This document shows positions 41,824-55,549 of a stretch of DNA of 64,000 nt, one piece after another; the stretch's first letter is position 1; each line of letters starts with the position of its first letter. Source of the stretch: Octopus vulgaris. Its lineage: Eukaryota. The stretch spans positions 5,518,001 through 5,582,000 of the forward strand of contig OX597815.1 in NCBI GenBank assembly GCA_951406725.2, given 5' to 3'. The notes under the pieces are model-generated. The model searched no databases and was not told where the DNA came from. It saw only the letters and a program-made list of their open reading frames with translations. Both the position numbers and the translations under genes were made by a program.

Positions 41824-41962
41824 CTGGTACTTAATTTATCGACCCCAAAAGGATGAAAAGGCAAAGTCGACCTCGACGGAATTTGAACTCAGAACGTAAG
41901 CTGCAGACGAAATACCGCAAAACATTTCGCCCGGCATGCTAACGATTCCGCTACTCGCCGTC
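41824..41962 (-). mobile_element. SINE A 5' half abutting exon 5
   Basis: head and central domain present; truncated at aagtaccag. Confidence 0.9.
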
Positions 41963-44503
41963 CTCTATATAGCCTCCAGCTGATATCCCCCTCCAGCCTT
42001 CATCTGGTGTCTTGGGGAAATTTCGAACCTGGGTTCTCATTCCTAAAGTTATTTTTCAATGTTATTATTATTATTATTATTATTATTCAGGTCACTGCCT
42101 GGAATCAAATTCGGACATATGGTGTAGAGGTTAAGAGCACAGGCTACTAACCCTAACATTCCGAGGAGGAGGGGGGGAATGAGGGGGGGTGATGATGATG
42201 ATGATGATGATCGAAAAATACCTTAGGAATGAGAACCCAGGTTTGAAATTTCCCCAAGACACCTGATGATGGCTGAAGGGTATATCAGCCAAAACGTTGT
42301 GTTAACAACAAACAAGATGAGGATAAATATCTGTCGAATGTAAATAATGTAAATAATGTAAAAATAAATAAATAAATAGATAAATTCTTTTATTTTCTTA
42401 TTTGTTCCAATCATTTGACTCTGGCCATGCTGGAGCACCGCCTTTAGTCGAACAAATCGATCCCAGGAGTTATTGTTTGTAAGCTTAGTACTTATTCTAT
42501 CAGTCTCTTTTGCCAAACCGCTAAGTTACGGGACTGTAAACATGTCAGCATCAATTGTCAAGTGATGGAGGAGGACAAACACAGACACACAAATATATAC
42601 ATACACACACACACACACATACACACACATATATATATATATATGATGGGGCTTCTTTCAGTTTCCGTCTACCGAATCCACTCACAAGGCTTTGGTTGGT
42701 TTCAGGCTATAGTACAAGACACATGCCCAAGGTGCCACACTGTGGGACTGAACCTGGAACCATGTGGTTGAGAAGGAAGCATCTTACCGCACTCCCACTT
42801 CTGTTAATAAAAATTCTCCTCTATAGACACAGGTATGGCTGTGTGGTAAAAAGTTTGCTTCTCAACTACATGACTAAGGGTTCAGTCCCACTGCATGACA
42901 CCTCGGCTGAGTGTCTTCTACTAAAGCCTTATGCTGACCAAAGCATTGTGAGTGGATGTGGTAGACGGAAACTGAGAGAAGCCCATCGTATATGTGTGTG
43001 TGTCTGTGTTTGTCCCCCCAACATCGCTTGACAACAGATGTTCGTCTGTTTACATCCCCATAACTAAGCTGTTCGGCAAAAGAGACTGATAGAATAAGAA
43101 GGACTAGACTTACAAAGAATAAGTCCTGGGCTCAATTTGTTCGACTAAAGGCGGTGCTCCAGCATGGCCACGGGCAAATGACTGGAACGAGTAAAAGAAT
43201 AAAACGATATCGTAACGCATTCAACATTTTTATACTTTACTCAAGGAAACTCTCTCTCTCTCTTTTACTCTTTTACTTGTTTCAGTCATTTGACTGCGGC
43301 CATGCTGGAGCACCGCCTTTAATCGAGCAAATCGACCCCGGGACTTATTCTTTTGTAAGCCCAGTACTTATTCTATCGGTCTCTTTTGCCGAACCGCTAA
43401 GTGACGGGGACATAAACACACCAGCATCGGTTGTCAAGCAATGCTAGACACACAAACCCAGACACACAAACACACACATACATATACATATATATACGAC
43501 GGGCTTCTTTTCAGTTTCCATCTACCAAATCCACTCACAGGGCTTTGGTCGGCTCGAGGCTATAGTAGAAGGCACTTGCCCAAGGTGCCACACAGTGGGA
43601 CTGAACCTGGAACCATGTGGTTGGTAAACAAGCTACTTACCACACAGCCACTCCTAGTGGGACTGAACCCGGAACCATGTGGTTGGTAAACAAGCTACTT
43701 ACCACACAGCCACTCCTGCGCCTTTTTATTTTGTTTGTCAAGCCAAATGAAATCATAATTGTGGATGATGCTAAGTGTCACGTAACTGACACCTGTGCCA
43801 GTGGCACGTAAAAGGCACCTTTTGAGTGTTGGGCCTCATGGAGGCGAATGGCTGATGCTGGTGGCACGTGAAAAGCTCTTTTCAAGTGTTGGGCCTCCTG
43901 GAGGCAATGACCAAGACCTTTGGCATTGTGCTGTGCTCAAGCCAAATAAAACCGCAGTCGTGGTAGATACTGGTGTCACACAAATGGCACCAATGTTGGT
44001 GGCATATAAAAGCTCCTTTCGAGCATTGGGCCACATGGACACAATGACCAAGACCTTTGGTACTATGTCGTGCTTCAGAAGAAGACCCATTGAGTCTAGC
44101 AAAATTGCAGTCGTGGCAGATACCAGTTTCATGCAAATTGGCACCCATGCCGGTGGCATGTAAAAGCACCCATTACACTCTCAGAGTGGTTGGCATTAGG
44201 AAAGGCATCGAGCCATAGAAAACCATGAAATCAGACTGGAGTCTGGTACAGCCTTCCAGCTTGTCAGCCGTGGTCAAACCATTCAACCCATGCCAGCATG
44301 GACAACGGATGCTAAATGATGATGATGATGATGATGATGATGATAATGATGAACAACAACATTGGCTAGTGGTTATAGGAATATCATGCATCTCTGAAAA
44401 CAGGCTCAATCGAGTCGGTTCAGGGTTGTAGGGACTTCATCCAACTGTGTGAACAGATTCAGTCATGGCTTCACACAAATCAATAAACACAAACAAAATA
44501 AAC

Positions 44504-44536
<33 letters not shown>

Positions 44537-44569
44537 GAAATCAATTACTAAATGCATTGCTGATCTCAC

Positions 44570-44750
44570 CATTCCCACTCCGCGGCACAGTCACGGTAAC
44601 GTTTGTGGAATTATTTTCAATTTCAGGCTGTATACAGCCTTGATGGCAACAAACACCTCCAAGAGTGGTCTGTAAACCCAGCAACAATGCATCTTCCAAT
44701 CTCTTTCGCTCTTTAAAGACACTTCGGGTGGTGAAACCAGTTACAACATT
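44570..44750 (-). CDS. SPFH/band-7-like protein, coding exon 4 (NVVTGFTTRSVFKERKRLEDALLLGLQTTLGGVCCHQGC...PRSGN)
   Basis: Not in the ORF track; translated by hand. tctctttcag acceptor, open 181 nt, G|GTGAGA donor (phase 1). The F-x-x-R-x-x-L-E helix is typical of SPFH. Confidence 0.8.
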
Positions 44751-45799
44751 CTGAAAGAGAAGTTTGTTTTTTTGATAGAGTAAACAAAAATTATAAGAAG
44801 CCTGTTGTATATCTATGGAGGTGCATATGTGGAAATGTCTACAGGTATGCAGTGTCTGCCAAAGTATTTATCCAAACAGTAACCCCTTGACAATCGTGGT
44901 AGTTATGTTCCAAAACTCCCCTGTGATACGGGAAAATCCACAAAGTAGAAACAGTACTGTATCGTATATTTTGAAAAATCATTTTTATAATTGGACACAA
45001 AACTCTGCTTGAAAAGACCTGTTTGAAGCAAGTGAAATCGAAATCAAGTTCGATGACTGGCATCCGTGCAAGTGGAGCGCTAAGAGCACCATCCGAGCGT
45101 GATCTTTGACAGAGCAGCTGCCTGGCTTCTGTGTCGGTGGCACATAAAAAGTAACATTCGAGCGTGATCTTTACCTGTGTCACCCTACTGGCACTTGTGC
45201 TGGTGGCACGTGAAAAAACATTCGAACGAAGTCATTGCCAGTGCCGCTGGACTAGCTCCTGTGAAGGTGGCACATAAAAAGCACCATTTGAGCGTGGCCG
45301 TGGCCATTGCCAGAACCACCTGACTGGCCCCCATGCCGGTGGAACGTAAAAAGCACCCACTACACTCTCGGAGTGGTTGGCATTAGGAAAGGCATCCAGC
45401 TGTAGAAACACTGCCAGATCAAGACTGGAGCCTGGTGCGGCCATCTGGTATGCCAGACCTCAGTCAAATCATCCAACCCATGCCAGCATGGAAAGCGGAC
45501 GTTAAACGATGATGATGATTTATTTTATTATAAATGCAAAGCAACTCCATGGAGGAATCGACGTAAGCTTAAATATATTGGGTGAACCACAATATGGCGA
45601 GGGATTACCATATCTATTATCAAGTTTATCTGACTGTTACAAATGTATTTCAGATGACATGGTTGTAGTTTTGGCAAATTCGTTCATATAATTCAGTCCC
45701 ACTGCGTGGCATCTTGGGCAAGTGTCTTCTGCTATAGCCCCGGGCCGACCAATGCCTTGCGAGTGGATTTGGTAGAGGGAAAATGAAAGAAGCCTGTCG

Positions 45800-45851
<52 letters not shown>

Positions 45852-47353
45852 AATATATATATAAATATAAATATATATATAAATATATATATATATAAAA
45901 AGCACCCACTACACTCACGGAGTGGTTGGCGTTAGGAAGGGCATCCAGCCGTAGAAACACTGCCAAATCTGACTAGGCCTCATGAAGCCTTCTGGCTTCA
46001 CAGACCCCAGTTATACCGTCCAACCCATGCTAGCATGGAAAACGGACGCTAAATGATGATGATGATGATGATATGTGTGTGTGTTTGTGTTTGTCCCCCT
46101 AGCATTGCTTGACAACCGATGCTGGTGTGTTTACGTCCCCGTCACTTAGCGGTTCGGCAAAACAGACCGATAGAATAAGTACTGGGCTTACAAAGAATAA
46201 GTCCCGGGGTCGATTTGCTCGACTAAAAGGCAGTGCTCCAGCATGGCCGCAGTCAAAATGACTGAAACAAGTAAAAGAGTAAAGAGAGTAAGAGTATAAT
46301 ACTGCTGAAACAGACATTCACCTCAAGGTAATAAGGCAAAAATTTAGCAGCACAGAATTTTGCCAGTGAACAGGTCGCGGTCTAAAAGCGGCGAAAATAT
46401 TTTGCTAAATTAGATTTAAATGTTCAAGAGAATCTGACGGTTTTTTGTGCGTGTTTTAAAATGGCTTATAAACACCTTCCACGCAGCAATTGTTATTTAA
46501 AAAGAGACATCTGAAAATTAACGCGAAATGTATTTCCTGAAATAATGCAAGGGAAGTAATTTGCATAAAATAACTTAGAGTTCTCTCCCTTGAAAAGCCA
46601 AACGTTTTTGCTTTTATTAATTAATTTTTTTTCTTAATTTAGGCCAGTAATTTGGAGAGGAAATGATTAGTGTCTACCAGTAACACCAGTACATGACTGG
46701 TATTTATTTGATCAGTCCAGAAGAGGCAGCGGGCGAACTTGATCTCAACGGGATTCGAACTCAGAACGTAAACGGTTGTAACTAATAGTGGCTATTTTAT
46801 ACAATGTGTTCATGGATGGTCAACAGGTTGCACTTGATGCTGAAGAAGGTGCAAGAATGTATATAGATATACACCCTTTGTTACCTATTCTTCTACCTTC
46901 GATCGCACTGTTTACATGGACGTATTCAGATACGAAATTTCGAAATTTACAATGCTGGCTCTGATTTCCATAGAAGTTCTGTAGAGAGCGGTGGTGCCCC
47001 AGCATGGCCGTGGCCTTCGGGCTAAAACATTTTTAAGGATTTAAAGTCCGTTTTCCATGCTGGCATGGGTTGGATGGTTTGACTGGGGTCTTGGAAGCCA
47101 GGAGGCTGCACCAGGTTCCAGTCTGATCTGGCAGTGTTTCTACAGCTGGATGCCCTTCCTAACGCCAACCACTCAATGTGTGTAGTGGGTGCTTTTTACG
47201 TGCCAGTGGAGGCTGGCAGCAGCCACAATCGGTTGGTGCTTTTTACGTGCCACTGGCACAAAAGCCAGTCAAGGAGGCGCTGGCATCAGCCACGTTCGGA
47301 TATATATATATATATATATATACATACACACACACATATACAGATAGATAATA

Positions 47354-47558
47354 TAAATATTTTATAATTATATACATAATTATAACAAGGGCTTGGCTTG
47401 CGCCTCACCACATACTGTAAAATAGACGTCAGAAGACAGTATTGCCACTATAAATTTATGGTGGTAATAGTGACTTTTGACGTCTATTTTTCAGTGCATG
47501 GTGAGGTGCAAGCCAAGCCCTTGTTATAATTATGTATATAATTATAAAATATTTATAT
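47354..47558. repeat. imperfect ~200-bp palindrome
   Basis: ataattataacaagggcttggcttgc / gcaagccaagcccttgttataattat arms, centre ataaatttat. Confidence 0.85.
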
Positions 47559-47663
47559 GAATTTACCTATGAGGTTATATTTTCGCGCTGACCACTTGGT
47601 AAAACTCATTTATGATTTTACCCTTTATTATTATTATACAGACAGACAAACAGATAGATATAG

Positions 47664-47726
<63 letters not shown>

Positions 47727-47807
47727 GAGAAGAGAGAGAGAGAGAGAGAGAGACGGAGAGACAGACAGAGGGAGGGAGATATTTACATAGACAGATATAC
47801 AGTTATT

Positions 47808-47893
<86 letters not shown>

Positions 47894-48222
47894 GGCGCAT
47901 GGCTTAGTGGTTGGGGCATTCGGCTCACAATTGTAAGGTCGTGAGTTCGATTCCTGCCAACATGTTGTGTCCTTGAGCAAGACACTTTATTTCACATTGC
48001 TCCAGTCCACTCAGCTGGCAAAAATGAGAGTTACACCAGTATTTCAAAGGGCCAGCCTTGTCACATTCTGTGTCACGTTGAATCTCCCTGAGAACTACGT
48101 TAGGGTTACACGTGTCTGTGGAGTACTCAGCCACTTGCACGTTAATTTCACAAGCAAGCTGTTTTGCTGATCATATCAGCTGGAACCCTCGTCGTCATAA
48201 CCGACAGAGTGCTCCTTTGTGC

Positions 48223-48253
<31 letters not shown>

Positions 48254-48285
48254 CTCAAAATAAGCAACAAGGATATCCAAGGTAG

Positions 48286-48373
48286 TGTAGTACAATTGTT
48301 TCATGCTACTTCATTTTATTAAACACTGTAAGTATTACATCAGTTTTAAAATGTAGAGCAATCTTCAGCCACA
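48286..48373 (-). ncRNA. type I hammerhead, long-stem-II family, intronic sense copy
   Basis: TGTGG-CTGAAGA-tTGCT...AGCAt-GAA-ACAATTGT-A^-CTACA. Confidence 0.65.
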
Positions 48374-48545
48374 TATAGAATTTTTTAATTAAACAGACAA
48401 TGTACATTTTTATACTTATTTCATTTGCCAACATTACAAAGAGAGTAGATATATATATAGACAGAGAGGTTAATTTTATCAATAAGAACATGGCAGTAGA
48501 AGGTTCTTCCCCATCTGCAGATTTTTTATCCCTGAGTTTTGCTGA

Positions 48546-48580
<35 letters not shown>

Positions 48581-48712
48581 ATCAGCAACAATTTAGATTC
48601 AAATGAATATGGTACTTAATTTAGATGCACCAGAATTTTGTATGGTGTTATCCATAAAAAATTTATGGGGTGATTATAATCAAAAATAAGCAACAAGAAT
48701 GATTCCGGTGAT

Positions 48713-48798
48713 TTGGTACAATTGTTTCATACTACAACATTTTATTAAAAGCTGTAAATATTACAGCAGATTTAAGATGCTGAGTAATCTTCAGCCAA
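48713..48798 (-). ncRNA. type I hammerhead, long-stem-II family, intronic sense copy
   Basis: TTGG-CTGAAGA-tTACT...GCTGTAA/TTACAGC...AGTAt-GAA-ACAATTGT-A^-CCAA. Confidence 0.65.
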
Positions 48799-49580
48799 TT
48801 TATATAGGTTTTCCAATAATATAAGTTTTCAAATCAAGTAATAACATCTTAGGGAAGGTAAATATACAGATAAAGATGTAGATGATATATATATATATAT
48901 ATATCATCATCATCATCGTTTAACGTCCGTTTTCCATGCTAGCACAGGTTGGACGGTTCGACCGGGGTCTGGAAAGCCAGGAGGCTGCACCAGGCTCCAG
49001 TCTGATCTGGCAGTGTTTCTACAGCTGAATGCCCTTCCTAACGCCAACCACTCCACGAGTGTAGTGGGTGCTTTTTACATGTCACCTGCACAGGTGCCAG
49101 GGGGGTCTGGCATCGGCCACGATCGGTTGGTGCTTTTAACGTGCCACCGGCACGGAAGCCAGTCAAGGCAGCGCTGGCATCGGCCACGTTCGGATGGTGC
49201 TTTATTATATATATATGTATTATATATGTAGATATATATATATATATATATGTATTACATCATTAACTATTATACATTATATTTACACATACAGGTATGT
49301 GTATATGTATGCACGTGTGTGATAGTGTCTGTACATGTGTGCTTGTGTGCGTGTGCATGTGTGTTAATGAATGACAAAAACACATCTAACATGAAGTCTG
49401 TTCATTTCACTTGTTATGCTCTTCAAATCCGTGACAACCAAAAGCCTTACCTGGCTATCATCATTACATACCTGCCAGTGGTCTTATCAGACAAGGAACC
49501 GCCATCATAAGTCAGTAAAAACTCTCAATTCATTTCTGATATTAGAAGTAATGGGTTTGTCCTTTAAATAGTTCACTTAC

Positions 49581-49700
49581 CTTTATGGCTTCGTTAGCTT
49601 TCTTCACTACCTTGTCCTTGTAATACACATCATATTTCTTGTGTAGGTAAGCCAGTTGATTCAGTCGAAGAAAATATTGAAAGGCACCTGAAAGTCCCAC
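49581..49700 (-). CDS. SPFH/band-7-like protein, coding exon 3 (VGLSGAFQYFLR...KKANEAIK)
   Basis: ttgcag acceptor, AAG|GTAAGT donor, 120 nt, phase 0/0; continues the SPFH pattern (FQY). Confidence 0.9.
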
Positions 49701-49884
49701 CTGCAAATAAAAAGGTATTCTGTAGTGCATTCGGAAACAGGGGTTAGGCCCCTAACTGCATATTTCATAAATCAGAATATTGTGTGATCAAGTCCCATAA
49801 CTGACCAGACAATCGGACGATGTTATACATCACTGGTTCCAAATGTGCTGGGCATTGTTTTTAGCTTTCTAAATTCTGCTTGCA

Positions 49885-50457
49885 AAGACCTGTTGAGGCA
49901 AGTGAAATCAAAATCAAATTCGACGACTGGCATCCATGCTAGCAGGGTGCAAAGTGCACCATACAAGGATGATCGTTGACAGAGCAGCTAACCAGCTTCC
50001 ATGCCAGTGGCACATAAAAGGGCACCATTTGAGCGTGATCGTTACCAGCATCGCCTTACTGGCACTTAAGCCCCGTGCTAGTAGGGTGCAAAGAGCACCA
50101 TCCAAACATGATCGTTGCCAGAGCAGCCAACTGGCTCTGTGTCGGTGGCACATAAAAGGGCACCATTCGAGCATGATCATTACCAACGTCACCTTACTGG
50201 CACCTGTGCCAGTGGCATGTGTAAAAAGATTTGGGTGAGGTCGTTTCCAGTACCGCCTGGCTGGCCCCATGCCGGTGGCACGTAAAAGGTACCCACTACA
50301 TTCTCGGAGCGGTTAGCGTTAGGAAGGGCATCCAGCTGTAGAAACTCTGCCAGATCAAGATTGAAGCCTGGTGCAGCCATCTGGTTCGCCAGTCCTCAGT
50401 CAAAATCGTCCAACCCATGCTAGCATGGAAAGTGGACATTAAACGATGATGATGATG
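49885..50457 (+). mobile_element. RTE-tail non-autonomous element D with internal ggcacgtaaaaagcacc sub-repeats (copies 21825-22225, 39610-40080, 43735-44340, 45015-45520, 45895-46070, 47045-47300, 48905-49200, 50660-51290, 53560-53860, 58110-58430)
   Basis: shared ttaggaagggcatccagc...ccaacccatgccagcatgg...cgttaaac(gat)n 3' end. Confidence 0.75.
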
Positions 50458-51630
50458 CTACTTCCACTGGATAGGCGAGAAGGCCAACATTACCCCCTGG
50501 TCTGTTGCAGGGTGAGCCGTTTTCAGCTGAGTGGACTGTGGCAACATGAAATGAAGTGTTTTGCTCAAGAGCACAATACACTGCTTGGTCTGGGAATTGA
50601 ATTTATGACTTAGCTATCATGAGGGCAATGCCCTAACCACTTGGCTATACACCTTCACAAATCATCATCATCATTGTTTAACGTCCATTTTCCATGCTAG
50701 CATGGGTTGGAACGTTCAACCGGGGTCTGGGAAGCAAGGAGGCTGCACCAGGCTCCAGTCTGATCTGGCAGTGTTTCTACAGCTGGATGCCCTTCCTAAC
50801 GCCAACCATTTCGTGAGTGTAGTGGGTGCTTTTTACGTACCACCAGCACAGGTGCCGGAGGGGGCTGGCAAACAGCCACAATTGGATGGTGCTTTTTACG
50901 TGCCACTGGCACAGAAGCCAGTCAAGGCGGCGCTGGCATCAGCCACGTTCGGATGGTGCTTTTTATGTGCGACCGGTACAGGAATCACAACTACAATTTC
51001 CATTGATTTTTGATGTTGATGTACTTGACTCAATAGGTCCCTTCAAACACAGGGTTAAAACAGTGTTTCTTTACTTACCACATGCACAGGAGTCAGTCCA
51101 GCGGCACTGGCAAGTGCCGGGTACCAAACGTCCATTGTCCATGCTGGCATGGGTTGGACGGTTTGACCAGGGCTGGTAAGCTGGAAGGCTGCACCAGACT
51201 CCAGTCTGATTTAGCATGGTTTCTATGGCTGGATGCCCTTCCTAATGCCAACCACTCTGAGAGTGTAATGGGTGCTTTTACATGCCACGAGCATGTATTA
51301 TTATCATCATTATTATTATTATCCACCTTAACCACTAAGCTACATGCCTTCACATATGTATTAGTGACAGTATAAAACACCGAACATATGCAAAACCCTC
51401 ACTAAACTGCATTGATACAGACATGATGCAATTATTTACATTTGACGGATATTTGTCCTCATCATGTTTATTGTTAACCCAACGTTTCGGCTGATATACG
51501 TATTTTTCAATGTTATTATTATTATTCAGGTTTCTGCCTGGAATCGAACTTGGAATCTTGGGGTTAGTAGCCTGTGCTCTTAACCACTATGCCACATGCC
51601 CGTGAGAACCCAGATTCGAAATTTCCCCAA

Positions 51631-51673
51631 GACACCTGATGAAGGCTGGAGGGTATATCAGCCGAAACGTGTT
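51631..51673 (+). ncRNA. minimal hammerhead in a Penelope-like terminal repeat (related copies at 42258-42303 +, ~41985-42012 -, ~51478-51498 -)
   Basis: GACAC-CTGATGA-a-GGCTG-loop-CAGCC-GAA-ACGT-(T)-GTGTT. The 51631 copy has a small deletion near the cleavage site; the 42258 copy has G12A. Confidence 0.55.
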
Positions 51674-51993
51674 AACAACAAACAAGTTGAGGACAAATAT
51701 CTATCAAATGTAAATAATGTAAATAATATATTAATTTTTCATCTCTTAAATAGAAAAATGCTTTTTCATTCTGTTGTGTCTGGGGAGAGTCATTTTCTTT
51801 TTGTGCCTTATAATGCTTTTTTATTGCCTGGAAAGAATTAAATGCAAAACTGGTTTTGGTAGTATTTGAACCTAAGGTGCAAAGAATCGCAAGAAAACAC
51901 ATTACCAACTCAACTGCACAGCTAATTCACCATCTGAAACAAAGAAGCTGAAAATGGCCCCTGAAAGGGGTCAAAACTCTGCAACAAACTTAC

Positions 51994-52158
51994 TTCAAGT
52001 TTATCTGATGTAAACACTCGGATGTTGTTGATGTACTCAACATGGGCGTCTGCCTTGAATACTTTAAATTCATGTGATGGCCCAATGACGTAACGTCCGT
52101 TGGAATAGACACGGTCCAAACTAACACTGCCGGTAACTTTGTTGCGGACGACACCCAA
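51994..52158 (-). CDS. SPFH/band-7-like protein, coding exon 2 (LGVVRNKVTG...VFTSDKLE)
   Basis: tttcag acceptor, GAA|GTAAGT donor, 165 nt, phase 0/0. G-x-Y-x-x-GP and T-x-D-x-L motifs are typical of SPFH N-terminal strands. Confidence 0.9.
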
Positions 52159-52392
52159 CTGAAACAGAAAACCAATTATGGTCATAATCAAGATATATTT
52201 TGTTAATTAATTAGTTTCAAAATTAATTAGTTTCAAATTGGTACAAGGCCAGAAAATGTGGGAGAGGAATAAGTTGATTACATGATTACATTGAGCCCCA
52301 GTATTTAACTGGTACTTATTTTATCATCTCTGAAAGGTTGAAAGACAAAGTTGAATGTAATCCTGGATTTAATCCCTCCAGAATTATATCTC

Positions 52393-53147
52393 TTAATCCT
52401 TTCGTTACTGTATTTATTTTGAGATGCTCTGTGTTTCTTTCAATTACTTTAAATATAAGAAAAAAAAAGCCTGACTGGCATCCGTGTTGGAGACACGTAA
52501 AAAGCATCAACTGATCGTGGCCGTTTGCCAGCCTCCTCTGGCCCCTGTGCCAGTGGCTCGTAAAAAGCACCCACTACACTCACAGAGTGGTTGGTGTTAG
52601 GAAGGGCATCCAGCTGTAGAAACTCTGCCAAACCAGACTGGAGCCTGCTGCAGCCTCCTGGCTTCCCAGACCTTGGTCGAACCATCCAATCCATGCTAGC
52701 ATGGAGAACGGACGTTAAACGATGATGATGATGAAAGAATTTAGTAAAATAACTTGGTTATCATTCAGCTTGTGTTAGGAACATAAATTGTGACTAAGGT
52801 TTGGTGGAAGATTTTAATTCAGAACTTTTGAAAACAAGACATTTGTACTACAGAGCCAGAGGTGGTTTCAGCCAGGTTGGTATCAAAATGGTTAAGAATT
52901 GTTTCTCTATTATATATTTTAACCCTTTTGTTACTGTATTTCTGCTGAGATGCTCTGTGTTTCTTTCAATTATTTTAAATATAACAAAGAATTTAGTAAA
53001 ATAACTTAGTTATCATTCAGCTAGTGTTAGGAACATAAATTGTGACTAAGGTTTGGTGGAAGATTTCAATTCAGAAATGATGAAAACAAGACATTTGTAC
53101 TACAGAGCCAGAGCCAGTTTCAGCCAGGTTGGGATCAAAGGGGTTAA
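52393..53147. mobile_element. two tandem piggyBac-type MITEs (the first interrupted by an RTE-tail element at 52470-52733)
   Basis: TTAA-ccctttt...aaagggg-TTAA at 52919-53147; homologous copy at 52393-52894. Confidence 0.6.
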
Positions 53148-54878
53148 ACTAACCTGTCAAGTTAATTTTGACTTGGTGTACCAGGTTAATCCTTTTGTTA
53201 CAATATATCTGTTGAAATCCACTGCCTTTATTCCAAAAAATTTTGAAAATAATTAAGAATTTAGCAAAATAACTTTGTCCTTATTAAGCAACTGAAAGGC
53301 AGCAAGCTGGCAGAATCATTTCCATGCCAGGCGAAATGCTAAGCAGCATGTTCTGAGTTCAAATTCTGCCAAGGTCAACTGTGCCCCTCATCCTTTTGGG
53401 GTTGATAAATTAAGTATCAGTTGAGTAGGTGGTGGGGTCAGTATAATCAACTTTCTCCAAACCCCAAAATTTCAGGTCTTGTGCCTATATCAAAGAGGAT
53501 TAGAACAGTGAACCGTAAAGAGAAGATGACAAAGGACTGAGACACCTGGCACCCTGCTGTGCTCAAGGGGACCCGTCCTCCACAGCAGAAGTGTGTTAAG
53601 GCTGCATCCCCTGGTGAAGGGGTTGGCCTGCAAGAGCCCCGTATAAAAAGTGCCACGTAAAAAGCCATGAGTCAATGCCATGTAAAAGCACTTGCGCCCT
53701 GTGTCACGTAAAAAGCACTCCAACACACAACTGCTAAGTGGTTGGCATCAGGAAGGGCATCCAGCAATAGAAACTGGGACCTGGCGCAGCTCCCTGGCTT
53801 GCCACCTCTGGCCAAACTGTCCAACCGATGCCAGGATGGGAAACAGATGTCGAATGATGGTGATGGTGGTGGTGATGTTGATGATGGTGGTGGTGATGAT
53901 GATGATGATGGAGGTGATGATGGTGGTGGTGATGGTGGTGATGGTGGTGGTGGTGATGGTAGTGGTGGTGATGATGAAGACGACGATGATGATGGTGGTG
54001 ATGATGGTGATGATGATGATGATCATGGTGATGTTTGGCTCATAAAAGAACACGAAATGTTGATTGACGGTTTTAAATGACAGGTAGGTTGGTATCCAAA
54101 AGAGTTGAAATGGAAACTGACTTTCATGTGAGTGGGGGAGGGTAAGAGGGTAAGGGTTAGAGAGAGAGAGAGAGAGAGAGGGAGAAAGACACACACACAC
54201 ACACACACATACGCAGAAGTGTTTCGTACTCCAGGCATTTAGCATTTAAACTGACCTTATCTGACCAAAATATTCTGCCTGTTTAATGTTCAAACCAGCC
54301 AGATCTGGCCTTTCACACCTACCCTACAATGCCGTTCTAAAAGTAAACAATGGAATCATTGAAATTCTGAAAGCTGTGAGATAATCCAGGATTAATTGAA
54401 AGCAATGTGAATAGTAATATTAACAACGGCACTCAGGGAGTGCAAACCTCTGCCAAGGCAACACCAGCATCCTCTCAACGATTAGCCGGAGATGGTTTTT
54501 AAAATGAGAATATCTGAAATAAACTCGACTGCTCTCACAAATGAGAATACTTAAAATGAACTTGACCGCTCTCGAAGTAAAAAATCAGGAAAAATAATCC
54601 AGAATCCTTGTCCGGTACTGGATTGATCCCAAAATCTAATCAGTTTGTGCCGGTCAATAGGCCAAACATCCCTGACAGTTTCATCAGAATTTATCCAGCG
54701 GTTCTTGAGATATCTTGTCCACAGACAAAGAAAGAAACAAATATGAGTGAAAACAATACCCCTGCCTCTGCTAAGGTGGAGGAAATAACTAAGCATTGCA
54801 TTCGACAGAGCAATCTGAGAGTTAAAGGGTTGCTGAGTGGAAAACCCTATTCCTTTGAACAGATACACAAATGTGGGC

Positions 54879-54923
<45 letters not shown>

Positions 54924-55549
54924 TGTGTGTGTGAGAGAGAGTGTGTGTGCATGTGTGAGTGTATGAGCATGCGTGTGTGTGTCCGTATGTGTATGTGTGT
55001 GTGAGAGTGTGTGTATGTGTGTGTGTATGCATGTGTGCATGTGTGAGTGTGTGAGCACGCATGTGTGTGACTGTACGTGTGTGTATGTGTGTGAGTGTGT
55101 GTGTGAGCATGCATGCATGTGTGTGTATGTGTGTGTGCATGTGTGTGTGTTGTGTATGTGTGCATGTGCGAGTGAGTGAGTGTGTGCATGTGTGAGTGAG
55201 TGTGTGTGTGTGTGTGTGAGTATGTGTGTGGGTGTGTGAGCATGAATGTGTGTGTGTGTGTGTGTATGTGTGTGTGTGGTGTACGTGTGCAATTGCATGT
55301 GTGTATGCATGTGTCCGTATGTGTGTGTGTGTGAGAGAGACTCCTTGAGTCTGTGTCTCCACCCCCCCACCCACCCCCACTAGCCCCTCAACAACAGAGT
55401 TTTGGTAAAAGGGGCCAATGGAATACGTCCCAGGCATTACAAAGACATAAGAAGTGCCAGAGTGGATTGGCTCAACTAAGAATTCTTCAAGCGGTGCCCC
55501 AGTATGGCCACAGTCTAATGGCTGAAACAAGGGAGAGAACAAAAGAATA

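Noticed and set aside
44340-44393. candidate missing mini-exon (ttttcag|AG ATG CAT...TSQCCC)
   Set aside because: The acceptor is in phase, but there is no credible phase-2 donor before it runs into a repeat; kept only as a remote possibility.
46820-47005. ORF as an extra exon, or a CTGAAGA hairpin as a hammerhead
   Set aside because: Exons 3 and 4 already join in phase; the hairpin lacks GAAA and helix III.
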